Both the position numbers and the translations under genes were made by a program. This document shows positions 39,433 to 48,763 of a stretch of DNA of 64,000 nt, one piece after another. Location of the stretch: NCBI GenBank assembly GCA_947085465.1, contig CAMTWQ010000011.1:18703-82702 (forward strand). The letters are read 5' to 3'. Positions within the stretch are counted from its first letter, which is position 1. Each line of letters opens with the position of its first letter. Origin of the DNA: an uncultured Alphaproteobacteria bacterium. GTDB lineage: Bacteria; Pseudomonadota; Alphaproteobacteria; UBA11222. A model generated the notes under the pieces. That model saw only the letters and a program-made list of their open reading frames with translations, made no database searches and was not told the DNA's origin.

Positions 39433-40362
39433 TCAGGAAAACAGAATTGCGGAAAGCTTGCGTCGCCCGTCCGCCGTCACCGGATCTGTCTGGCCGAACA
39501 CTTCGAACAGGCTAAGCAATTGTTTGCGCGCCGCCTCGTCATTCCATTTACGATCCTTACGGATGCTTTCAAGCAGATGTGTTATGGCGCCTTCCTTGTC
39601 GCCGCTTACCGCCAGCGCCAGCGCCAAATCATAGCGGGCCTGATGATCGGCCGGATGCGCGTCCACAGCCGCCTGGAGTGGCGCAAGATCGCCAATATTT
39701 TCTGATTTCTCAGCCAGCGAAAGCGCCGCGCGCGCGGCAACGATTGCCGCATCTGCATCGGCAACCGGCGGCGTCATGCCAAGCACCTGGCGCGCATGGT
39801 CGAGCTCGCCGATCAAGATGTAGCAGTGCGCCAGCCCGGCAATGGCGCGGGCGTTGCCCTGGTCCAGTTTCAATACCTGGCCATAGGCCTGAGCGGCATC
39901 GGCGGGTTTGGCGTTCTGCAAATCCTGCGCAGCCTGCTCCATCAGGCGCTCCGTCGGGGATGGGCCAACGGGGCCGGCCACCCGTTCAATCAGCGCGCGA
40001 ATTTGGCTTTCTGGTTGATTGCCAACAAAGCCGTCCACCGGCTGCCCGTCCTTAAAGACAAATACGGCCGGAATGGATTGAACGCGCAATTGCTGGGCGA
40101 TCTGGGGATTATCGTCCACATTAATTTTGACCAGGGCGACGGCGCCGCCCGCAGCATTGACCAGCTTTTCGATAATAGGCGTCAATTGTTTACAAGGGCC
40201 GCACCATGGCGCCCAGAAATCCACCAGCACCGGGCGCTGCATCGAGGCTTCAATCACATCCTGGACAAAGCTGGCGGAGCTACTCTCCCTGATCACATTC
40301 AGCATAGCGTCTGGCGCCTTGGCGTCCGGGCCGCCCCCTGCGCCGCCGATAATCTGCTCCAT
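39433..40362 (-). CDS. Thioredoxin-domain protein with a TPR-like C-terminal extension (YbbN/CnoX-like)
   Basis: The WAPWCGPCK active site is followed by a TPR-like region. The start is taken at MEQIIGG (40362, purine-rich RBS); the ORF track extends to 40404. Confidence 0.85.
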   Translation of the reverse strand: MEQIIGGAGGGPDAKAPDAMLNVIRESSSASFVQDVIEASMQRPVLVDFWAPWCGPCKQLTPIIEKLVNAAGGAVALVKINVDDNPQIAQQLRVQSIPAVFVFKDGQPVDGFVGNQPESQIRALIERVAGPVGPSPTERLMEQAAQDLQNAKPADAAQAYGQVLKLDQGNARAIAGLAHCYILIGELDHARQVLGMTPPVADADAAIVAARAALSLAEKSENIGDLAPLQAAVDAHPADHQARYDLALALAVSGDKEGAITHLLESIRKDRKWNDEAARKQLLSLFEVFGQTDPVTADGRRKLSAILFS

Positions 40363-40752
40363 TTTTCCGCCTTCTTGACTGAATAGCGCCCGCCACGCAG
40401 GCACAAAGGTAATTTCTGAGGCTCGTCACCCCGCAGCAGATTAGTTCAACCTAATCTGTGAAACCAGCCGCATCCATAGGCGGCCGGGAAATAAGTCCAT
40501 CTGTCGTGGCCGCACTCTCCATAAACTTCTTAAGCCATTCCAAACAAACAGAAATTATCTTATAGGTATCATATTAATGCAGATGATACTACATGATTTC
40601 CTAGGTTAGTAAGGCGTTAGATGCCGTGCGCGATCGTGCATTTGAAAACAGCGCTTTATTCTTGCTACTCTCCTTTGCCCTATCGAACGATTGCTTTTGG
40701 AATACCAATGCCTATGTGTTTACGCCGGAAGACCCCGCTGGCGCTGCTTTCG

Positions 40753-41793
40753 ATGTGCTGGCGTCATGCGCAAAAACGCCCTAAGCGCACTGCCAAGCTC
40801 ATCCGTGCGCGTTGGCAACCGCGCTGCTTCAACTTCGGATTTTTTGCATTAGTTCTGTTGTTACTCGCCCTCGTCAGGCCCGCCCATGCTCAGGCGCCTG
40901 CAGAATCGCCATCTCCTGCCCGCACCGGAGCAGCGTCAGAAGACGCGACTTCCAATCAACAAAGCGCTAACGGGCCGCCCGGGCGAGGATTTTTCCGTAT
41001 TGCGCCCGGCGCGCAATTTCGCGACTGCGCGCTTTGTCCTGACATGGTGGTGCTGCCGCCCGGGATTTTCACCATGGGAACCTTGCCCAATGAACTGGGG
41101 CACAGTCCAGATGAGGCCCCGCAACACGAAGTTGCGATTCCTTACCTGTTAGCAATCGGACGTTACGAGATTACTTTTGAGCAGTGGGACGCCTGTGCGA
41201 TGGAACGGGGCTGCTCCAATTACCCTGGCGACTCAAATTGGGGACGAGGGCAGAGGCCTGTCATCAATGTTAGCTGGAACGACGCACTCCAGTATGTGCG
41301 GTGGCTAAGTAAAAAAACCGGCGAAGAATACCACCTGCCCACGGAAGCTGAATGGGAATACGCTGCACGCGCCGGCACTCAAACCCCGCGTTTTTGGAGG
41401 GAAGGCGAGATCGCCTGCGCTTTCGCCAACGTATACGACGCATCCGGGCAAAGAGTGCATCACCTGAATTGGGATAGTTTCAGTTGCATCGACGCTCAGC
41501 AATCAACGGCGCCGGTAGGTTCATTTCTGCCGAATAATTTTGGCCTATACGACATGCTTGGCAATGTATGGGAATGGACTGCCGATTGCTGGGTAGCCAA
41601 CTATGACGGCGCCCCGGCTAATGGCGGTGGGCGTGGGAAAAATTTTGCGGAAGCGGATTGCAAACGGCATGTGATCCGGGGCGGTTCCTGGCATAATGTC
41701 TCGTGGTCAACCCGCTCGGGTTTTCGCGGCTGGCAGAGAGGGAGTGGCAGCACTTACGCGCTCGGCTTTCGTGTCGCCCGGTTAAGCCGGTAG
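40753..41793 (+). CDS. Formylglycine-generating-enzyme (SUMF1/FGE-sulfatase) domain protein, secreted or membrane-anchored
   Basis: FGE-domain motifs are present (PVINVSWNDALQYVRWLS, YHLPTEAEWEYAARAGT, NFGLYDMLGNVWEWTAD, RGGSW), and a hydrophobic anchor FFALVLLLLALVRPAHA. The start is ambiguous (40621, 40708 or 40753). Confidence 0.78.
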   Translation: MCWRHAQKRPKRTAKLIRARWQPRCFNFGFFALVLLLLALVRPAHAQAPAESPSPARTGAASEDATSNQQSANGPPGRGFFRIAPGAQFRDCALCPDMVVLPPGIFTMGTLPNELGHSPDEAPQHEVAIPYLLAIGRYEITFEQWDACAMERGCSNYPGDSNWGRGQRPVINVSWNDALQYVRWLSKKTGEEYHLPTEAEWEYAARAGTQTPRFWREGEIACAFANVYDASGQRVHHLNWDSFSCIDAQQSTAPVGSFLPNNFGLYDMLGNVWEWTADCWVANYDGAPANGGGRGKNFAEADCKRHVIRGGSWHNVSWSTRSGFRGWQRGSGSTYALGFRVARLSR

Positions 41794-41801
41794 TGCATTT
41801 C

Positions 41802-42713
41802 ATGCAAATGCGGTGGCGGCTTGTCAGGCTTGTGATAATGGCTGGCGCCTTATGCGGCGCGCTTGGCGCCAGCGCCGCTCCCTTAAAAGTAGTGGCGACG
41901 ATTAAGCCAGTGCATTCACTCGTCGCCGGTGTAATGCAGGGGGCTGGCGCGCCCGAGCTTTTGACATCAGGAATGGCGTCGGAGCATTCATACACATTAC
42001 GGCCATCGCAAGCAAAGGCGCTGCAAAATGCGGACCTCATTTTCTGGATTGGGCCGGAGCTGGAAACGTTTCTCGTCAAGCCTTTACGCACACTCGCAGC
42101 CAATGCGCAAATCGTTGCGCTATCGCAGGCCGAAAATATTTCCCTGTTGCCAGTTCGTGATCCCGAAAATCCCGGCGTTGCAGCGCCGCCACATGCAGGA
42201 TCAGATATGCATATCTGGCTCGATCCGCGCAACGCCGCAGCCATGGTGCAAGCAATCATGCGGCGCCTTACCGAAACCGATCCAGGGCATGCCGCAGTCT
42301 ACCGCAACAATGGTTTAGCCATGCTTGTGCGCCTGAAGGCGCTCGAACACGAGATCGCCACAGAGTTAAGCAAATCCCCGCGTGAAGGGGGCTATATCGT
42401 GTTTCACGACGCCTATCAGTACTTTGAGGAACGCTTTGGCATGCGCCCGATTGCCATCGTCAACATTGATCCGGAACGGATGCCGGGCGCGGCGCGCATC
42501 CAGCAAATCAAAGAACAGATGGCCGCAACTCCTGTGGCCTGCATTTTTACCGAGCCGCAGTTCGAGCCAAAGATCGTCCTGCGGCTCGTGGAGGGCGCCA
42601 ATACCCGGATCGGCGTGCTTGACCCGTTGGGAGTCGCGCTTGCCGAAGGCAGCGGGCTGTATTTTGCGCTTCTGGCCGATATGGCCCGTGGCATCCGTTC
42701 TTGTTTTCAGTAA
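41802..42713 (+). CDS. znuA: Zinc ABC-transporter periplasmic binding protein ZnuA-like (cluster A-I SBP)
   Basis: It has a signal peptide followed by LKVVATIKPVHSLV, EHSYTLRPSQ, DMHIWLDP and FHDAYQYF. No znuB or znuC is adjacent. Confidence 0.85.
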   Translation: MQMRWRLVRLVIMAGALCGALGASAAPLKVVATIKPVHSLVAGVMQGAGAPELLTSGMASEHSYTLRPSQAKALQNADLIFWIGPELETFLVKPLRTLAANAQIVALSQAENISLLPVRDPENPGVAAPPHAGSDMHIWLDPRNAAAMVQAIMRRLTETDPGHAAVYRNNGLAMLVRLKALEHEIATELSKSPREGGYIVFHDAYQYFEERFGMRPIAIVNIDPERMPGAARIQQIKEQMAATPVACIFTEPQFEPKIVLRLVEGANTRIGVLDPLGVALAEGSGLYFALLADMARGIRSCFQ

Positions 42714-42956
42714 CCGGCAAGGCTCACCCCAAATTATTCAAAACCCGGATAAGCCCAAGAAACCCGCCGATTCTTTGCCGGATCATCCCATTGGGCCTTT
42801 ACAGCAACAGCGAAAATCGCATAGGAATCAAAGAACCTCGTAACAATTTGGTCATCTTTCCAAAAACCAGCGGGGCAGGGGGTTTATTCGCCAATAGGCG
42901 GCAATGATCGGCGCGGCGGGGCGTATCCCGCGTGACTATAAAAAGGTGAAGCTCGC

Positions 42957-44090
42957 ATGGCGAAGATCAGGGTTGCGGTTGCGGGGGTAGGTAATTGCGC
43001 TAGTTCTTTGGTGCAGGGGATTGCCTATTACTCAGGCAAGGGCCCGGGAGAAACGGGCGGATTGATGCATCCCAATATCGGCGGCTGGAAACCTTCTGAC
43101 ATCGAAGTTGTAACCGCCTTTGATATTGACCGGCGCAAAGTGGGCAGGCCGCTGGAAGAGGCGATTTTTGCACGGCCGAATTGCACACTGGAGTTTCAGC
43201 GCGAAATCCCGGCGAGTGGAATCATCGTGCAGATGGGGCCAATCCTGGATGGCATCGCCCCGCACATGGCGGATTACCCGGACGACGAGGCATTCCGCGC
43301 CGCCGATCTGCCGCCCGTGAATGTTGCTGAGGAGCTCCGCCGCAGTGATGCGCAAGTGCTGATCTGCTACCTGCCGGTCGGCTCCGAGAATGCGGTGCGC
43401 CACTATGCGCAGGCGTGCCTGGACGCCAAGGTGGCGCTGGTGAACTGCGTGCCGGTGTTCATTGCCTCAGATCGTGAATGGGCGGACAAATTCACCCGCG
43501 CTGGCGTTCCCATCGTCGGTGACGATATCAAAAGCCAGGTCGGCGCCACCATTGTGCACCGTATGCTCACCCGGCTGTTTGGTGATCGCGGCTATGACCT
43601 TAACCGGACCTATCAATTGAATACCGGCGGCAATACGGATTTTCTCAATATGCTGGCGGCAGACCGTTTGAAATCTAAAAAAACCTCCAAGACCGAATCC
43701 GTGCAGTCGCAACTTGATGTGCGCATGGACCCACGCAATATCCATATTGGTCCGTCCGACTATGTGCCATGGCAGCGCGACAACAAGATTGCGTTTATTC
43801 GCATGGAAGGGGCTGGATTTGGCGGCGCTCCGATTGAGCTGGAAATGCGATTGTCGGTGCAGGATTCCCCGAACAGCGCGGGCGTTGTGATTGATGCGGT
43901 GCGCTGCGCGCGTCTGGGTCTGGATCGCGGGCTGTCCGGGCCGCTGGAGGCGGCCTCTGCATATTTTATGAAATCGCCGCCGCGCCAGATGCGGGATTCG
44001 GTTGCCCGCGACGCCTGTGACGCCTTTATTCAGAACGAGGACACCGCGGTAACGGTCAAGCACAAAGTGCGCGGCGTTGCCGCCGAGTAA
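42957..44090 (+). CDS. ino1: myo-Inositol-3-phosphate synthase (bacterial/archaeal type)
   Basis: 377 aa. The Rossmann N-terminus is IRVAVAGVGNCASSLVQGIAYY, and the conserved core contains SQVGATIVHRML and NTGGNTDFLN. Confidence 0.9.
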   Translation: MAKIRVAVAGVGNCASSLVQGIAYYSGKGPGETGGLMHPNIGGWKPSDIEVVTAFDIDRRKVGRPLEEAIFARPNCTLEFQREIPASGIIVQMGPILDGIAPHMADYPDDEAFRAADLPPVNVAEELRRSDAQVLICYLPVGSENAVRHYAQACLDAKVALVNCVPVFIASDREWADKFTRAGVPIVGDDIKSQVGATIVHRMLTRLFGDRGYDLNRTYQLNTGGNTDFLNMLAADRLKSKKTSKTESVQSQLDVRMDPRNIHIGPSDYVPWQRDNKIAFIRMEGAGFGGAPIELEMRLSVQDSPNSAGVVIDAVRCARLGLDRGLSGPLEAASAYFMKSPPRQMRDSVARDACDAFIQNEDTAVTVKHKVRGVAAE

Positions 44091-44097
44091 ACGAAGC

Positions 44098-44649
44098 TTA
44101 CCCGTTTTTAGAAAATTGCTTCAGCCAGATGGTGATTTCCGCATGGGTGGCAAGCACCCTGTCGGCGTCACTTTTGACTAATGCCGGATCGCCAAACCGC
44201 ACCGCCGCCGCAAGGCCTGCCGCCCGCGCCGCCGCAATGTCATGTTCGCTATCACCTACCAGCAGGCTGCGGGCCAACGCCACATCCAGATCCTTTGCCG
44301 CCTGTAACAGCATGCCTGGCGCTGGTTTGCGCCAGTCAGACTGCTTGCGGTACTGTCCCAGCCCGTCCGGGTGATAAGGGCAATGGTAAACTGCGTCTAT
44401 CGGGGCGCCCTCGGCGGCAAAGCGTTTCCGCATCCAGGCCGTTAAATGTTGAAACTCAGCTTCCGTATAATAACCGCGTCCGATGCCTGACTGATTGGTG
44501 ACGACAATCAGCAGATAGCCAAGCTCACGTGCGGCGCTGCAAAGATCAAAGACGCCATCGATAAACCGGAAATCGTCGATTTTACAGGTATAGCCAGCGT
44601 CGATATTAATCACGCCGTCGCGATCCAGAAAAAGCGCCGGCTTAGCCAT
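44098..44649 (-). CDS. HAD-IIIA phosphatase (D,D-heptose-1,7-bisphosphate phosphatase GmhB-like)
   Basis: ALFLDRDGVIN (the DxDG nucleophile motif), VVTNQSGIGRGY, and a Zn-type CPYHP motif are present. The start is taken at MAKPALF. Confidence 0.8.
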   Translation of the reverse strand: MAKPALFLDRDGVINIDAGYTCKIDDFRFIDGVFDLCSAARELGYLLIVVTNQSGIGRGYYTEAEFQHLTAWMRKRFAAEGAPIDAVYHCPYHPDGLGQYRKQSDWRKPAPGMLLQAAKDLDVALARSLLVGDSEHDIAAARAAGLAAAVRFGDPALVKSDADRVLATHAEITIWLKQFSKNG

Positions 44650-45850
44650 TCGCCATAAGCGTGTCATATTTCAACAATTGCGCTGGCCAGCTATAGTGAT
44701 CCACCACGCATTTTCGCGCAGCGGCGCCCAGCTGCGCGCCGTCAATTTCACCGGTGGCCAGTTTACCAGCAAGCTCAGCAATTGCGGCTGGCTCATTTGC
44801 AAGCAAAACATCGCGGCCTGCGCGCGCAGCGCTAATTCCCTCAAGCGCCTGCTTGGTCACGATCACCGGCTTCGCCATCGCCATCGCCTCCAGCACCTTG
44901 TTTTGGATTCCGCGTGCGATCCGCAATGGCGCAACGGCAGCTAGCGCATCGGCCACATAGGGGCGCACATCCGGAACGCGGCCCGTAACATGCACGCCAG
45001 CCATCTGTTTCAGGCGCATCACTTCCGGGGCGGGGTTCATGCCAACAACATAAAACTGCGCATTATCAATCCGAGTACGGATCAATGGAAAAACCTCTTT
45101 GGCAAACCAGCAGACCGCATCCGCATTGGGCGGATAATCCATCGCGCCGGTAAAAACGAATGCCGGAATGCCTGGATCATACACCGGCTCAAGTTCTTGC
45201 CCGGGCGAAAAAAATATGGAATCCACGCCATTCGCCACCGCATGAATTTTATGCGCGCTTTCCGGGGCAAGATTTCGAAATAACGTCGCCTCGGGCTCGC
45301 TCACAAAGGTGCTGGCGTCAGCCCAAACGGCCGACGCCCGATCCAGCGCCAGAACCAATCGCGCCTCGCGCGAATACACCTGCCGCATGACACCGCTGCC
45401 ATTTTTCGCATATTCACGCCATTTTTCAGAATCAACATCCACAAAATCCATGATCCGGCACTTAGGGCGGAGCGGATGCGCTATGACATATTGCGCCATA
45501 TTCGAAGAACTGACAAAGACGATATCAGGCTTTACCTTTGCCAAAACGCCGTCAACCCATGCCGCCAATTTCCGGTCATGGAAAAAGCTAAAGCTCAATG
45601 GTTCGCCCGTTATCCATCCTGTCTGACAGGTGAGCATGGCCAAGTTACGCTTAAGCCCTGCAAAATGCGCATCCGCGCATAAGGCCCGCACGGTGTCCAC
45701 ATGTTCCCAGTCGCTGGGATCATCGACCAGGCAGCCCAGATGAATCGCATGATTCCGCGAAAAATGCCGCAAAATTTGCAGGGAGCGGATTTTTTCCCCT
45801 TTTACCGGCGGATAGGGAGTCCGCTGCGTCAGAAAGAGCAAATTCGCCAT
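44642..45850 (-). CDS. GT-B glycosyltransferase of the type found with PEP-CTERM/exosortase-A loci
   Basis: 402 aa. The N-terminus LLFLTQRTPYPPVKGEKIRSLQILRHF resembles the PEP-CTERM/EpsH1-associated sugar transferase family as I recall it. The locus context also supports this call. Confidence 0.75.
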   Translation of the reverse strand: MANLLFLTQRTPYPPVKGEKIRSLQILRHFSRNHAIHLGCLVDDPSDWEHVDTVRALCADAHFAGLKRNLAMLTCQTGWITGEPLSFSFFHDRKLAAWVDGVLAKVKPDIVFVSSSNMAQYVIAHPLRPKCRIMDFVDVDSEKWREYAKNGSGVMRQVYSREARLVLALDRASAVWADASTFVSEPEATLFRNLAPESAHKIHAVANGVDSIFFSPGQELEPVYDPGIPAFVFTGAMDYPPNADAVCWFAKEVFPLIRTRIDNAQFYVVGMNPAPEVMRLKQMAGVHVTGRVPDVRPYVADALAAVAPLRIARGIQNKVLEAMAMAKPVIVTKQALEGISAARAGRDVLLANEPAAIAELAGKLATGEIDGAQLGAAARKCVVDHYSWPAQLLKYDTLMANG

Positions 45851-45989
45851 GTAATTTCAATTCTCCTAAAAGCAGCCACTATATTAAGCAATAAAACAAC
45901 GATTCTTTAACGCCGGTAGTGCATTCATACAAGGCGCGCATACACTTGTTGCCGCAAATCATGGGTTGAACTAGGCTCTTTGTTCTATT

Positions 45990-46105
45990 TAGACCATTTC
46001 CTGATCGGATTGAATCAATCCAATCAGGAAAAAAATGGTCTAACACATTCACTTAGAGCCTTTCTTGTCCGGTCAGCTTGGTTCAACCTGACCGGGAAAG
46101 GCTCT
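45990..46105. repeat. Composite hairpin repeat, modules C + D joined by an ACACATTCACT linker
   Basis: Module C reads tagaccatttcctgatcggattgaatcaatccaatcaggaaaaaaatggtcta. Module D reads tagagcctttcttgtccggtcagcttggttcaacctgaccgggaaaggctct. The element ends 55 nt before the xrtA start codon. Confidence 0.9.
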
Positions 46106-46159
46106 TGGGTATTTCTTCTGCGGTTGGGACATTTAGCAATTGTGTAGTGGGGGGCTACG

Positions 46160-47722
46160 GTGGTGTCGAACACAGGGACGGGAATAAGCCCTCTGCCAAA
46201 ATTGCCGGCTAATCTGTTGATGGCTTTTGCCCTGATATTCGCCGGGATCGCCACGGTCTTGGGCCTCGCCTTCGACAATGTGGCCAGTATGATTGATATT
46301 TGGTCCCGGGGTTCCGCCTACAATCATTGCTGGATAATCTTGCCCATTGCGGGCTTTCTGGCGTGGGAACGGCGCGGTCGCGTTAAAGGTTTGCGCCCTC
46401 AGGTGTTCTGGCCCGGGTTTATTTTGCTCGCGGGTTTCACATTTGCCTGGGTTGTGGCTCGCGGCGCGGCGATTGTCGAAGGCCAGCAATTTGCGCTTAT
46501 CGGAATGATCCTGAGCCTATTCCTGATAATATTAGGCCGCAAAATTTGCCGCGAGCAAATTCTTCCGCTGCTTTATCTCTTTCTACTGGTCCCCTCGGGC
46601 AGCTTTATGCTGCCATATCTCCAGTATATCGCGACTAAGATCACCCTGTTTTTACTATCGTTCACATCCATCCCTATATTCGCCGAGCAATTTTATATTC
46701 ATACGCCGGTCGGATTATTTTTTATCGCGCCCGGATGCGCCGGCCTGAATTTTATTTTGGCGGCGATTGCTCTCTCCATCGTTTATGCGGAACTCATGTT
46801 TGTTGGCTGGCTGCGCAAGCTGGCGTGTATTGTCATCTGGGTTCTGGTGGCGATAATTGCCAATGGCGTGCGGATATTCGCCATTCTTGTTCTGGCGCAA
46901 ATCACCGATGAGAAACTCGCGATTGTTGATGACCATCTTCTCTATGGCTGGGGATTTTTCATTGTCATCCTGTTCATAATGATGGCGGTCGGCAGGCGCT
47001 TTTCTAATTATACACCGCATGTAATCGCGCCACCCGCGCCCATCGATCAGTCGCCAGCAAGGCTTGGCAATCTGATTGCCGCAGGCATCAGCGCGATCGC
47101 CGTGATCAGTATTCCGGTCGGATACACCCGTGCGGCGCTGGCGCCCGGCAAGGCGGTGGCCAATCTGGGCATTGATATTCCGCAAACCATTGGCAAGTGG
47201 AAGTTGATGGAAGAGGAAAAGATATGGCCCAATGGATTCCAGCAGGCGGACCTGACTGGAGTATGGCGGTATCGCATGGATTTCGAGCCAGTTGATCTGA
47301 TGATCGGATATTATTGGGATCAATGGGACGGCCATGAGGCGGCGTCCTCAGCGAACAATTCATTAGGCCCCGTAGACGCGCATGTCGTCCGGCGGCTTAC
47401 GGCGACGCGCGTGATTAACGGAAAACCGAGGCAGCTTCGCGAACGGCTCATCCGCGTTGGCCTTGCTGAATACATCCTCTGGAGCTGGTATTGCACTGGA
47501 AATGTCATGACCGATAATCCATTCACCGTGCAGTTGCTCACGTCAAAGCAAAAACTGCAACGACGCGAGGCGCCCGCAACCATCATCACATTGCTGACAC
47601 GTGAAGGCCAGGGGGCGCATGAACGCCTGGAAACATTCCTTATGGATCTAGCGGCAAGTGATGAGTCCTTGCGCATCCGGCGGCCGGGCTTGGACGAAAC
47701 GCGCGCCGCGGTTTGCTGGTAA
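46160..47722 (+). CDS. xrtA: Exosortase (XrtA-like) fused to a C-terminal EpsI-family domain
   Basis: 520 aa. The N-terminal ~290 aa are polytopic and carry the exosortase Cys/Arg/His signature contexts (FIAPGCAGLNF, IANGVRIFAIL, DDHLLYGWGFF). The C-terminal ~210 aa are soluble and EpsI-like (GYYWDQWDGHEAASSANN...). The start is GTG 46160 or ATG 46220. Confidence 0.85.
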   Translation: MVSNTGTGISPLPKLPANLLMAFALIFAGIATVLGLAFDNVASMIDIWSRGSAYNHCWIILPIAGFLAWERRGRVKGLRPQVFWPGFILLAGFTFAWVVARGAAIVEGQQFALIGMILSLFLIILGRKICREQILPLLYLFLLVPSGSFMLPYLQYIATKITLFLLSFTSIPIFAEQFYIHTPVGLFFIAPGCAGLNFILAAIALSIVYAELMFVGWLRKLACIVIWVLVAIIANGVRIFAILVLAQITDEKLAIVDDHLLYGWGFFIVILFIMMAVGRRFSNYTPHVIAPPAPIDQSPARLGNLIAAGISAIAVISIPVGYTRAALAPGKAVANLGIDIPQTIGKWKLMEEEKIWPNGFQQADLTGVWRYRMDFEPVDLMIGYYWDQWDGHEAASSANNSLGPVDAHVVRRLTATRVINGKPRQLRERLIRVGLAEYILWSWYCTGNVMTDNPFTVQLLTSKQKLQRREAPATIITLLTREGQGAHERLETFLMDLAASDESLRIRRPGLDETRAAVCW

Positions 47723-47731
47723 GGCCGCCGT

Positions 47732-48763
47732 TCAACCAATGCCGCGAATGATGTGCGGCCCTATCAGGTTCGCAACCGCAAGCGGCGTGCGCCGCCATGC
47801 CTTGATCAACAACTGATATTTTGGATTGACGGGGTTGGTGTTGGGCATTTCCGATCCTTCAGGCAAATAATATGCGTGAATAACGGGCGATGGTTCAAAC
47901 CCCCAGTTCTTTTTGAAACTGTAGGGACCGGTGCCGAGTTTACTGCGGCCGAAATCAAATACGCTGTAACCCCGCGCCATCGCCTGCCGCATCAAATACC
48001 AATACATGAGATCATTGGCGCCAAACTGGCGCGCCTCCAAGGAACCGCCGGTATAATACGGCATTACAGCGTCCCGGAAATAAAAACTCGGTACACTGCT
48101 CATTGGTTTTCCAGACACGCTAACCGTCAGTATATCGCAGCGCTCCGGGCCAAATTCCTCAAGTAAATTAGCAAAATAGCGCTTGCTTTGAACGGGTGTG
48201 CCAAGCCGGTGCACGCTTGCCGAAAATAAATCAAAGAAATGGCCTGGATCGCGCTCAATCTCATACCCCGGTGCGGCCTCCAGCGCTTTTCGCACAACGG
48301 CGCGCTGCTTTCGGGGAATTTGCTTAAGGCAGGCGTCTTCGCCAGCCAGAATCTCCCGCGAGAAGTTCGCATAGAGATCACTTCGCGCATGCCACCCATC
48401 CGGCGCCTCCGGCACTCCGCGATATTCTATAAAATCCGCCCCAAGCTTGCCGCACAAACTGACCGCATGGGCATCAAGCGCATGGCGCGCCGCATCACTC
48501 GATGCCGCCACCCCGCCGCCCACGGTAAAGGCCGTCGAGATCAGCCCATTGCCGAACAGCAGGCTTTTTACGTTCACCAGTGGCAAAACACCGCGGATTT
48601 CGCCATTCTCTTGCGCGTATAAAAAATATGCTTTCTGAGAGAAAGATTTTTCGATGACCCGGCGCCAGCCTGCTTTGTGAAAAAAGCCAGCGTTTGGGCA
48701 GGATTCAATGAAGCTTTCCCATCGTGGCTCGCTGGCGTTGTCTAATTCCTTGATTTCAATCAT
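47732..48763 (-). CDS. FemAB-family (GNAT-fold) protein of PEP-CTERM loci
   Basis: MIEIKELDNASEPRWESFIESCPNAGFFHKAGWRRVIEKSF is followed by a FemAB-like C-half. Its ATG overlaps the upstream stop codon (ATGATTGA). Confidence 0.78.
   Translation of the reverse strand: MIEIKELDNASEPRWESFIESCPNAGFFHKAGWRRVIEKSFSQKAYFLYAQENGEIRGVLPLVNVKSLLFGNGLISTAFTVGGGVAASSDAARHALDAHAVSLCGKLGADFIEYRGVPEAPDGWHARSDLYANFSREILAGEDACLKQIPRKQRAVVRKALEAAPGYEIERDPGHFFDLFSASVHRLGTPVQSKRYFANLLEEFGPERCDILTVSVSGKPMSSVPSFYFRDAVMPYYTGGSLEARQFGANDLMYWYLMRQAMARGYSVFDFGRSKLGTGPYSFKKNWGFEPSPVIHAYYLPEGSEMPNTNPVNPKYQLLIKAWRRTPLAVANLIGPHIIRGIG

Noticed and set aside
41786-41803. The 17-18-nt string gccggtagtgcatt(t)cat is repeated at 41786-41803 (spanning the FGE stop codon and the znuA start codon) and at 45912-45928 (upstream of the glycosyltransferase). 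A related tagtgcattcac follows module B at 38719.
   Set aside because: It resembles the ACACATTCACT linker of the repeat family and may be a solo linker relic. It is too short, with too few copies in the window, to distinguish from chance. It needs a genome-wide count.
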